From positions 62,001 to 126,000 of the forward strand of contig JABANN010000002.1 of NCBI GenBank assembly GCA_013115125.1: a DNA stretch of 64,000 nt. Reading direction: 5' to 3'. Numbering within the stretch: position 1 is the stretch's first letter; every line of letters starts with the position of its first letter. The notes under the pieces were generated by a model. The model made no database searches. It was not told the DNA's origin and was given only the letters and a program-made list of their open reading frames with translations. This DNA is from Perkinsus olseni. Taxonomy: Eukaryota. The translations under genes and the position numbers were made by a program. Positions 48,392 to 59,343 of the stretch are shown here, piece by piece.

Positions 48392-51300
48392 TTAGGCAAT
48401 GGGTACCTTTCCCTTGCCGGGGATCCAGTCGATTCTTCCCTGCATATACGCTTCAATGTCCTCCACACTGCGAGGTATCTGCCATAACCCCCATACACAC
48501 CTCCCGCACAGGTTCTACCCCACCATCCAACACCTACATCATTCAACACCCTGCATCCGTCCCGAGTGATGAGAACATCATCCTCAATCCTAATCCCACC
48601 AACAGGGACCAGGGACTTCAACACAGCCTCGTTAACCATCTCGGAGTGGACCGGGTGAGAACACCACTTGTCGATCAAATAGGGGTTGAAGTAACTAAAC
48701 CACAATCTAGGTACAGTACGCGCAATCTAAAGAAACAGTTTCGTGTCACCGGCACAACTTCTTCCCTAGAGCTCGTAACGTGATAGAGCTGTTTAAACGA
48801 TATAACAATGTTGAGGAGGAGACCTCATAGCCGAAATTTCAGGTCCATATGACCTCTAGGGAAGAAGTTGTGCCGGTGACACGAAGCTGTCTCTTTAGAT
48901 TGCGCGTACTGTAACGAGCACAAAGCTTTGCAAGGTATGGACGTAAATATCCTCTCCAGGCGAGTCACGACGGATTTCCATCCATGCTGGAATATGGCAA
49001 CTGACAGTTTCAAATTTTCCGTATTCCTACGTCAACGCCTTCGGCACCAGAAGCTCATTACCGAGATACTACTAGATCGCCTTCGCGAAGCGCAGAAAAT
49101 ATTTCCAGGGGATGAGTGAAAGTGAAGAGCACTGGGAGCCACGCAACCACCAGCCCCAAAAGATAGTCCTCAAAACCCCAGTGGGGGTTCCCGCACGATC
49201 CATAAAAACAGAAGGCGTTGGCTCCCAAGCCAAAGCGGCTACTACTACCATCCAGGCTCAACAGTGAGCACGAAGCCTTCCTTGATAACCCTCCCCAATC
49301 TCAGACCGGTGAGAGAAACGTCGTCCTTATCCTTAAAGTGGCCCGGCTCGTATCTGACAAAACCCATTCAGAACCCGGGACCGAGCCCGATGAATACTCG
49401 ATGGAATTTTCATCATTTTCCGCAACTTAACGTGCCGCAATTACATTTACTTTTTTGATAATAATCTCAAGTCTTGAATGCGGCTGATAATACTACTGGA
49501 AATATGATACTAAGACGATGGGGCTATCACTGTCGCGCGCCCTAGAAGTGAAACGGTGATCGATATGTTGTTAGAGCCCAGCATTCCATCGAGTTAAGTA
49601 CCGTGCAGCGTTCCAGCGAGAATCGCCACTCACCCGCCAACATCATGACAATCCAGACCCAGCATGTGACCAAGACCATGCGGCATGAGGTACCGTGATA
49701 CCAACGCCTCCGAACAGACAGCATCGATCGGAGCCGTAAACAGACCCAGGCGTTTCGTGAGCTCCCTGAAAGCAGGAAATGAAGGTACGCTTGTGCGTCT
49801 GCATCGCGACAGGATGGGCGAGAGTAAAGTTTCCTCACTACAAATATTTCGTTAAGGAAAGATGAATTCTCTCTTATACGCTCGAAGTCGAGAAATGTGC
49901 AGCATCAATGGGAGCGGAAGTTGTCATGATTATCGGCTCACTGAACTAACTGCCCTTTGTCGTCACTCACACCACCATATGCCTTGTCTCCCAACATCCT
50001 CCACAAATGGGGGAAAACCTTTTCAACTCATCTTTCCCTAATTTTTTCCAAATTTTTTCACTATTTTTCCCAAATTTGCCCCGATTTTTCCCACCATCCA
50101 GCAAGACAGCCACGTTAACTGCAACCGTCCAGCCTACTCCGCAATGACTCTCGTTGCTTTCCTATGCATTGCCCGGTAGTCCAGCCCCGGCCTCAGAATC
50201 CCCTCCACCGCATGCACAGCAGCCAAGACCGATTCATAAGCTTCCTTCTGCAGTTCAGTAAACTTCCCACTCGTCGGGAACGTGCAAGTCACATCAGCCG
50301 TATAACAGTGATACCTAAGAAATGAAAATCCCTCGGGCGCGCGCTTTTTACATCGAACTCGTTACTCAGCGCCCATGTCCAGCAATCTCAAATCTGACTT
50401 GTGAACGCTCTTATCGTTGGGCTCCGCTGGGTGACCGTAGTGGAGCGACGCGTTCGACGTGCCCGAACATCCGATGCAACCGTATCCGACACCTACAGGC
50501 CATCATGTGAGGAATCACTTCGAACTCAGAACTGGTATTTCCTGAGGACTACTATGCTAGCGACATGCCATTCAGCAACAGAAAAAATGTGCGAACACTA
50601 GTATCATTCCGAGTGCGGAAAGAGCGGCCACTGAGCGAGATTCACGCACGCCCTCAAAGACACGCTATGTTTCACAATAAAGAGGAGCACCGCACGGCTA
50701 CGACTCGATGGCCCAGCTCCTAGTCTCACGTTCACAACCCCTCATAGCTCCCTCGTAACGGAAGTTTGCCACGGCATTGTACTCCATTCTATGCTCATTA
50801 TCTTGATCTCTATAACAGGCACGCATGGTCGAAAGATGCGCCGATGAGGATACTTGGCAGGCGTATCTGAAACGGTCGGACCAACCTGTACATAACCGTA
50901 GCGATCTTCTCCCACGGCTCGAAAATTCAGGGAGGCAGGGGTGTCCCATGCAAAGCAATTCTTCCAGCGAATCTTTGCAGTGAGCGGTGTCGATGGCAGC
51001 GAGTCCTCGCACTCACTTCCCCAGTCGACGACTCATCGAGCGATCCATCCCAGGGGCTTACTCCATAATCTTGATCTCTTGCTCATCCTTGACACTTCTC
51101 AACTCGTTCAACACGTCCCACAACGCCGAACCGTCCAGCTTGTGAGGCAGGTCTATCGATCCCTTGTTCACCTCAGAATGTGGTATACCGGAGTCACGAT
51201 TTATTCCATCGATCTGTAAAAATGCAACATTCGGGGATCGAACCCGGGACCCAACCCCCTAGTCTCCTATATACGCCTTAGTACCTCCATCGTTGCCTTG

Positions 51301-52574
51301 GCGTCCGAAAGGTCGATCTCATCTGCATACTGGACCTCGTCCACTAGATATCTGAAACGAACTGGACGTCGAAGACAGGCAGGAAATCGGACTGCCGTCA
51401 ACCAGATGGCGTCTATGAAACACGACGAATATCTTTTCATCCGATAACGACGTGAGTGACCCGGTGGAAGTTTCTCCGCGAATTCAGAATTTAATTTTCT
51501 CCAGAAAAATTTTCCAGACCAAGCGTAGCCCGTTAAAGCCCCGATAATTTTTCTGGTGGTCCTCTGCAAAGGTACTGCGGGCCTCCACCAGTATCGAAGT
51601 TTGAAGCAACCACGAGTTGATGGAACTTCGCTCCGCCGAATACATACGGAATAACGCAGGATGCAAGCGCCGCGGCCTACTTCGACTGGAACCAAGTCTT
51701 TGGTTTGATTGGCCCCATCCAGGTAGCATAGATCTCATCGAACCGTGGGATGTACAAGGTTGACCTGGCATCACACACAGGCGAAAGATACGCTTCCACA
51801 GAGCTGTCCCTCTTCGAAAAAAAACTAGTAGCTCACTAACGCTACTGTAAGCAGCCGTTCACTTACTTATGCATATACGGTGCCGAGGAGTCGAGCTGGA
51901 TGGTCGCGAGACAACCAGGTTCCTTGACGCCGAACAGATACCTGACGCCAAGCGGAAGAGATGACCACGAAATTGAAAAGAACTCGCCGTAAAAAATTTT
52001 GGCAAAATTGTAAAATTGTCGGTCTACACTTCTTCTTATGAGAAGCAGCAGCAATCATATACTCGCTCGGTGCTTTAACTGCTTGACTCGCGTTCTCGCC
52101 CCTTGCATTTTGCACTTTCCGTTACTACACACTGCGCGACATGGCGCCATAAAAGCCCTTACTACTGAAAATAAGATTCCTGCTTGAAGTCCCAGTCGGT
52201 ATCAGAGTCGTAGACTGATCGGAGATCCCCGCCACGAAGGAATATAACCGTACCTGATGATCATGATGGCAGGCATCCGAACTCACCGAGCGGGAATGGT
52301 TAGGCGTCCCGAATACAAGGAAAAGATACGAGGCACGCTAACTGTGTGTGCCACGAAAGGACTTCAATTCCTTCTACGATTCCGCGAAGGAGTGGTATGG
52401 CATACCTTCAGGCGCCAGCTTCTTTCCCAGCATATCCTCAGCTAACTTTTGGCGATGGTCCCGATGCATCGCCAACGGGATCTTGAGAGTATCTGCTCCC
52501 ATTGAGAAATAGGGCTCCGCATCAGTTCCGTCCTTCACGTCGACCGATGCTTCTCCTTTAATATGATCAGGCAT
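48392..52574 (-). CDS. PEPD: Xaa-Pro dipeptidase (prolidase, M24B), multi-exon
   Basis: FKQES, YLFGVKEPG, GINRDSG, ELRSVKDEQEI, YHCYTADVTCTFPTSGKFT, FMPHGLGHMLGLDCHDVGG, VLTVEPG, GGIRIEDD. Confidence 0.93.
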
Positions 52575-53079
52575 TAGTCAATAATAATATTAGACGCTAA
52601 ATGCGGCATGCATCAGAAAGTGTTGTACTCTGCCGCTCCACAGGTGCGTCGACCTACGAGAGACTCTCCCCCCATGAACTGAGCTTTGAAAAAACGAACT
52701 CCAATCTTCATATAAGCTGGAATTCACGGTTGCGAGGACAGTTCGGGGAAGCCTCATTCTGCACACAGGAGATGAAGGCCCATGCAGCAATAGTCAACCT
52801 TCGCACTCAAAGCAATACGATGGTACTGCAAATAAACCCGGGCCTCGCATGTGGACGATTGCTGTGTGAAATCTACGACACAAAACGCCTGTCCCTATGG
52901 TCGCCATCACGCTAGCAGAACCCATCTAACGCGGATCTTTCGGTGATAGATGAACATGGACATCAACAACAGGTGAGATCATGAGCATATTAACTTGGAT
53001 GCCATGATGAATGCTTTATGACAACAGCCAGGCAGCAGCGACCAATGCTTGTGTCACCAAGTTGGTGACACACTTCGGT

Positions 53080-54060
53080 TGGTGAATGAATCGATTCATT
53101 CCCGGCAGTCAGCCTTCGGTATCGAGGTCGAAGCCCGACCACCTTTAAAATAAAGTAGACGTAGGTATCACAGGCTCTTATAAAAGTGACGCCCAACTGC
53201 ATTCGGTCGCCCCACCTAGATTTCATGATTCTCACGACACAATACTGCCACAATCAGCGTAATCCCGCGGTTGAATATTGACCGAGGGTACGACAGCCAA
53301 AGCCAACGCGGACAGCCAGAACCGGAAAGAACTTCAAGTCTTTCACCGCAACTCTCCAGTGCCAATCCTTCGTCTGGTGCAATGGCGGTTGACTCAGATT
53401 ACTCACTCCTCATTTCCTTCCTCGCGTGGTGGAGTATTCTCTCTGATTCTCTCTCATCAGCTGATCGGCACGTGGCGCATGAAGTGCCTTGGCAGTGCTG
53501 CCAATGAAACCAACGTAAAAACTGGTCCGCTGTGACTCTTCCGAAAGCGCGAAAAAGCGCGGAGTTTGATTGCCAGAGCCAACCACATCTAGGCGACCTT
53601 GATCGCCATCACGCTCCTGTACAGTGCGAACCAAACCGTTATGCAAACGGTCAACGAAACGGCTGATCGATATGTAAGTGAATTCCTCTCCTCAAAATAC
53701 ACATGCTGCCTAACTTTCATACCTTGATAGTCCTACCAGCGGAGAAATCCCAGTTTTCGCGATTTGCATAACGGTTCAGCAGATAAGGGGTGATGAGCAG
53801 AATGCTGCCTCGCCTTCCGATAGCGAGATTCCACCAATCTGGATCGAAGATGTCGAATGATGCCTCCGCTAACAATCCACCAACCCGAAACGTTGGGAAG
53901 CCCTTTCCCACCGGCGCGGCTTTCGCTCCATTCCTGTCCGGCACGGAACTGCTGCTGGTCATCTCGCAGTGGGTAACTCTCAGATAGAAGAAGAGTAAAA
54001 GATCCCGACAAGGGGGTCGCGGCTCACGATGCAATACCCATTTTCATTAGCCATAGGTAA
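53080..54060 (-). pseudogene. Decayed aspartyl protease paralogue
   Basis: Fragments YVGFIGSTAKALHAPRADQL, WRVAVKDLKFFPVLAVRVG and DRMQLGVTFIRACDTYVYF..VVGLRP are collinear with the neighbours but broken by stops and frameshifts. Confidence 0.75.
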
Positions 54061-54188
54061 TTGGACCTCTTCTGAGAATCTTGAACTGAACAACATTCCT
54101 ATGACATGAACATCAACATGAACATTCACATGGCAGCGGCGACATGAAGCCTCCCAAAACCAGTAGGAGGGCCAATGATGGCGAATCT

Positions 54189-55361
54189 TCAAGAGTCGAC
54201 CATGAGAGCAGAGGATCTGAATCCGACTACTCTGGTGTCGAAGTTGACGTGAACATCGTAAGCGCGAAGTAATGGTACTCCTAGCAGGACGCGATCGCCC
54301 AGCTTGCCCTCGAAGATCTTCAAAAGGCATCTACCACGCGCGCATCTAGTGTAGTCCCTCGGTGGAATCTTCACGAGAATATCTCTAGCAGAGTTGATAC
54401 GGAAGGCCAGAGTCGGGAGATGCTCCAGCAGACCGTTCTTGATCAGCCAGCGCCCGTTCCTCGTACGACGAATAATTGCTGCTTCCTCGAACCGACGTGA
54501 TTGAGCGATCAATCTACGCTTCGCAAGACCGAGAATGTCTCCAATTAGATCATCAGCGTGAGGGATATGAAGCGAGTACGATCCGCTGTCCACGTACCCC
54601 AGGTAGGAGCGGTCCCACGGTAAACGAGCAGACTTATGCACACTGGGCAGAAGACGTCCTTCAGTCCCGAACAGGCCAACTGCGGAGATCCAGACCGACA
54701 CCCGGTTCATCCGATTTCGGTGGCAGTACTCGAGCCGAGTCATCTTCATCCCGGGCCCCTCTTCCATACGGGAACCGAACGTGACCCCACCATCGATGCC
54801 AGCGCAAGCGCTGGGGCGGAAATAGATCGAAAAGGACGTATGGCGAATTGTACCGGTCGATCGAAGTTGCTCCACCAAGCTCTTCGAGAAGCCTCTCCCG
54901 CATGATGAAGTCGCTATGCCCAGTACAGACGTCTCCGTCACGTTGCTGCGATGAGCGGGCCTGATAGAGTTGACGACGATTCCGAACTCGACACCCTCGA
55001 CAGTCCGGTCCCCCAGCCTGACTGAGCCAGAGTGAAGGACGTACTCAACCACGTCGCCGTCAGCGAAGCTCGTGTTATAGACAGCAGAGGTGGGGGCGAA
55101 GCATGCAGCAGTCCGGGAACAGAAGTAGCAGGCTGCTCGGGGATCCTTACAGGCACCTTTGCCGTACTTTTCCTCGTACCATACCCCGTCATTCACGAGG
55201 AACTTTTCACTTCCAGAGTCGAGTAGAAGCTTCATCTCCTGTCCATCGACCTTGACCGTCACGCGCCCATTTTCAATCGGTATCGTGAGGGAACTACTCG
55301 GATACAACAGTACAGCAAAAGTGATGTAAAAAATCTTCACTGTGCGTGGAGGAAGATGCAT
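54189..55361 (-). CDS. Pepsin-like (A1) aspartyl protease, intronless, secreted
   Basis: Signal peptide, LLLDSGS, YVDSGS, VLLGVPLLR. Confidence 0.9.
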   Translation of the reverse strand: MHLPPRTVKIFYITFAVLLYPSSSLTIPIENGRVTVKVDGQEMKLLLDSGSEKFLVNDGVWYEEKYGKGACKDPRAACYFCSRTAACFAPTSAVYNTSFADGDVVEYVLHSGSVRLGDRTVEGVEFGIVVNSIRPAHRSNVTETSVLGIATSSCGRGFSKSLVEQLRSTGTIRHTSFSIYFRPSACAGIDGGVTFGSRMEEGPGMKMTRLEYCHRNRMNRVSVWISAVGLFGTEGRLLPSVHKSARLPWDRSYLGYVDSGSYSLHIPHADDLIGDILGLAKRRLIAQSRRFEEAAIIRRTRNGRWLIKNGLLEHLPTLAFRINSARDILVKIPPRDYTRCARGRCLLKIFEGKLGDRVLLGVPLLRAYDVHVNFDTRVVGFRSSALMVDS

Positions 55362-57260
55362 AGCTATAATGGAGGGGAAGATATTCCTGATCAATGACCG
55401 GGTCCTACTCCGCCGCATACGACAATTCCGTGAAATACCTTTGGGTATCAACCCTCACGACTCCCTAGGAGTACTCTGTTAACCTGTTCAGAAACTCCGA
55501 TTCGTACTTGAGATGCATTTGAAAATTCGCGGTGAATTTTTACGTGCGAAAATCAGTCCCAAGATCGATTCTCAGTTCACCGAACGGGGTGTCAGTAGTG
55601 AATCCGAAGATAGCAATTTGGCAGTCCGATTTGAGCTCACACTGGCCGAATTGCATTATGTTTTGACATGTAATAAGAACCCAGTTCTTTCTTATTGCCA
55701 TGAGCAAACAATCCAATGTCTCCGGTGAAGAGACGCGGAGAATGATGAGACGGCGAGATTTCCAAGCGGCACTTGGAAATCTCCCGTGGAAAAAAAGAAC
55801 TTGCAACTTGCACGCATGCACAAGATGGCGGCGGGACCGCGGCTGCGAACGTGAGTAATCGAATAGAGCTACCCGTTATGGTCGACCGAACATAGGCCCA
55901 GCTTCTCGGTGAAGCAAGTGCACATGGAAGCTTGTTAACCTACTTCAAGAACTCTTTCGGGCGTTCAATAGACTGCTGTCTTTCCCGAGCTCATGACCGC
56001 TTCCACGATCGTCTTTTACACGTAACATTCGCTCCTGGAATTCAATATATGTATATCTCCAACCCGCGCTTCAGCCTCTGGCACGCTTACCCGGGCGAGG
56101 TAGCGTCCCGTGGTCGAAACGTATCGTAGCAAATAGATTCAGTCAGCAGTTCAACGGAAGCCTTCCTTATACATCGTGCTGTACATGGTACAGTCGCCAC
56201 GTCCTTCAGCACAAAGGGCTCCGCCGCCGCCGGCCAATTTTACACGATAGCGGTCTTCAAAAAAGTCCAGCAGTTGTGGAGTATCTTACGACACGGCTGG
56301 ATGCGGGCATGAGTTCATTCTCGGTGCTGCTGCTGTCTACGCGATGCATGATGATTTCCTTATACGAATGTTCCCTCAGATAGCTCACCGGTGGTTGGCA
56401 GCGCATTGCTTCCTCCTCAGATCACGCAAGTTGTGGGAGCACTCCGGCGGCTCAGGAAAATAATTCTGAAGCCCAGGAACTCGAATCTTGAGTTGGTTTC
56501 TACTCGTGGAATGCGATTCTAGGTCTCAGGATCAGTTAATTGAACGCTCCACCTGAGTACATCGGCGATGTGTTCGTGAGTTTCTCCAACGCGGCCGCCA
56601 GGTTGGAGTCTGCACGCACTCCCATGCTTCTCGCTGGCGATCATTAGTCTGTGCAAGTTTACAAGACCCCCTGTTCCTCTGCGTCGACTAAGAAAGTCGC
56701 GCGGAATCGTTACTGAGTGTCACCAGGTTTAGAACGACGTTCCGACGGTCTTCTGTGCCGGACTGCGCCCGCGGTAGCTTTTGGATTCAGCAGAACAATT
56801 TGATTTCTTCAGGTGTCGTCCTGGAGACCAGAGGATAACGAGAATGATTGACCCGGTGGAGTTTCAAAAACATGACCAAGGTCGCCATTTACACGCCAAA
56901 AAATGCAATTCTTGGAGCGCCCGTGAATTCGAAGAAGGTCTAGTGAGCACCCCTTGTCCGTTTAATGTGCTCGTCTTCGTAGAAAGCACTCGCGGAAAAC
57001 ACCGGAATAGAATGGATGAATGCGCGTAATGAGATGGCTTCAAGGGTCGTGTCAGTACTCTGACACTTGAGGACGCTGGTGGTACATCCGGATCTCGAAG
57101 GTCCAGACGCGAAACACTGTGGTCTGCCGGCTGTCGACTTGTCCCCACTGGCGGCTCAGGTGACGGTAGGACTCCAGAGCAGTTGGCTCAACCCTCATGC
57201 TCATTACCAGCTGGATTACCCGAGACGTCTGATTTTGCAGTTTTTTCATCAGAATATGCA

Positions 57261-59102
57261 ATGATGTTCTTCCTCATTCTCTCCCTCTCCCTCCTTCTTG
57301 CAGTCACCGCTGTGCCTCCGCCCCATTGGCCCCTGTACGGCCAAGGCGCTGTCGATCTCAAGTTGGAGAACGTCCCGGGGGATTTGGCAGCTTTTGTCGA
57401 CATCAATGGTGATAAACTTACGGACATGGTCTTCGTCGATCGTCTGAAAATTCATTTCTGGGTGCGGAAACCGGACGCGTCTTTTGAGATCTTCCGCACT
57501 CTCGACTTGGCCGCGGAATCTCAGAATATCACTGGCCTGAGCATCTACACTGTCATGCCACTGGACTGGAATTTGGATGGAAAAATGGACGCTTACGTGC
57601 TGATGACCGATGGCGGCCGAGCGCCGAAATTCACGATTTTGGCGCTGGAGGGAGACGATAATTTCGACCTTCACCTGAAGTGGATGTCAAGTCAGCCCAT
57701 CATTCGTGAGCCGATCATCCTTGACATAAACGGGGACGGAAGATTCGAGCTTCTCGGCGAAAACGGTGACGTTTGGTTTGGAAATGGCACCTTCGCGCCG
57801 GCCTACCTGCCGGGCGTGCCCTCCCTTTCGAAGCACCACTCGTCCGCTTGGGTCGATATTAATGGCGACTGTCAGAACGACATTGTCTTTGACGTGGTCA
57901 CTGAAGATGGTTCTCGAGCTCTGGAGGTGTGGTTGTGGAAGCCAGAGGACCGCTGGTACCACAAGCTCCCTAGAAGGGTGCCGCTTACCCAAGCAACCGA
58001 TTACGTTACTTTTGCTGATTTCACTGGTACTGGTACCAACGACGCCCTGCTGGTCCAAAGCGATGGAACCATTCATCTCTATGAGAACACACAAATGCCG
58101 CTTTGTCAGAGCAGCGGGGAGCATCATTGTCGCTCAAACGCGTGGCTTTGCACCCCGGACCCGCACTTCAGATTGGGCGGCTACGTTCTGAACGGTACAG
58201 ACCCTTCGGAACCGATCGTGTATCGGATGGGTCAGGTTGCGAACATGCAGTCTGGTGACGCTTATTCGCCGGTGATCGTCGGGGATGTGGACGCCAACGG
58301 CCTTCCGGACCTTCTTGTTGGTACCACCACCGGAGCTTGTCTTCTGTGGAACTTACGGCCTAGTCACGAAGGCCTCCCCCCCGAGACCATCCTGGACTGC
58401 AGCAATGATGGCCAGGCGGGCTCGCTAGCTCTGATTGATATTCGGCAGACCCGGGCTGATGATTATCATAGTAAGGAAGATGATAAAACGGGAGGAGGTG
58501 CCACTGGACTGGTCATCATGATCATCGACGAGTACGGCAACGGCCACGTGTACACTCCGAAGGCACCCCAGAGCGGCAAGAGCGGCAAGAGCATCACTGA
58601 CGAGGTCTCCCATCAGTATTACATCAAAGCCCTGTCGAGGAACGGCGCGTGCGACAAGGGCTGCTATGGCGTCTCGACTCCCGGAGCCACGTTCAAGATC
58701 ACAGTGCTCTCGATTTCGGGCGAGGAGTCCGTTCGAACGGCCTGTCCCAATTCTGTGGGTCCTAGGAGGAACCTTGGCCTCCCCTACGCTTACATTGGCC
58801 TTGGTGATACCAACAATTACATTCCTCGTCTCGCCCTGGGCTACGCTGGCGAGCAGTCCTCTTGGGTCTCCCTGGTGCCGAACACCTTCGTCGTGGCCAA
58901 TCCGCATCCGCTGGACGATCCTCATAAATGGTCGGTCGAGCTGGCCATGAGTCCCTCTCGGTACCTACCCATGATAGTGGCCATGGCGGCTGGGGCTCTG
59001 GGCGTCCTTGGTTTCGTTATAATGGTGCTGGACGTGGTGGAGCGTAAGAGAGAAACTCGGAGGGATGTTGAGCAGTTCGGTGCCGATTTTCTTGGCGCGT
59101 GA
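57261..59102 (+). CDS. ITFG1: T-cell immunomodulatory protein (TIP/ITFG1/LINKIN) homologue, intronless type I membrane protein
   Basis: Signal peptide; FG-GAP-like repeats (DINGDKLTD, DWNLDGKMD, DINGDGRFE, DINGDCQND, DVDANGLPD); LPYAYIGLGDTNNYI; C-terminal TM followed by ERKRE. Confidence 0.88.
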   Translation: MMFFLILSLSLLLAVTAVPPPHWPLYGQGAVDLKLENVPGDLAAFVDINGDKLTDMVFVDRLKIHFWVRKPDASFEIFRTLDLAAESQNITGLSIYTVMPLDWNLDGKMDAYVLMTDGGRAPKFTILALEGDDNFDLHLKWMSSQPIIREPIILDINGDGRFELLGENGDVWFGNGTFAPAYLPGVPSLSKHHSSAWVDINGDCQNDIVFDVVTEDGSRALEVWLWKPEDRWYHKLPRRVPLTQATDYVTFADFTGTGTNDALLVQSDGTIHLYENTQMPLCQSSGEHHCRSNAWLCTPDPHFRLGGYVLNGTDPSEPIVYRMGQVANMQSGDAYSPVIVGDVDANGLPDLLVGTTTGACLLWNLRPSHEGLPPETILDCSNDGQAGSLALIDIRQTRADDYHSKEDDKTGGGATGLVIMIIDEYGNGHVYTPKAPQSGKSGKSITDEVSHQYYIKALSRNGACDKGCYGVSTPGATFKITVLSISGEESVRTACPNSVGPRRNLGLPYAYIGLGDTNNYIPRLALGYAGEQSSWVSLVPNTFVVANPHPLDDPHKWSVELAMSPSRYLPMIVAMAAGALGVLGFVIMVLDVVERKRETRRDVEQFGADFLGA

Positions 59103-59343
59103 AGGATGGCGTATCATTGTCGTTATCGTCGAGAAGTTACTAGCTTCTCGAACCTCATTCCATAACTTATCGAATGGAGGCCCTGATGGACGTTGCGAAT
59201 TTCGTGGCGCGTGACGGGTAATGCATCATTATTGTTGTACCATTCCTGTGAAGTGCTTGGTATCATTTTCTCTTCGCTTCTTGTCATTATTCTGAGTTGA
59301 AGTCTGATCAAACTCGAGCGTGCTATTCCACCAGTTTTCAAGG

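Noticed and set aside
58425-58925. Long antisense ORFs opposite ITFG1, DHX35 and the proteases
   Set aside because: Shadow ORFs of GC-rich coding sequence.
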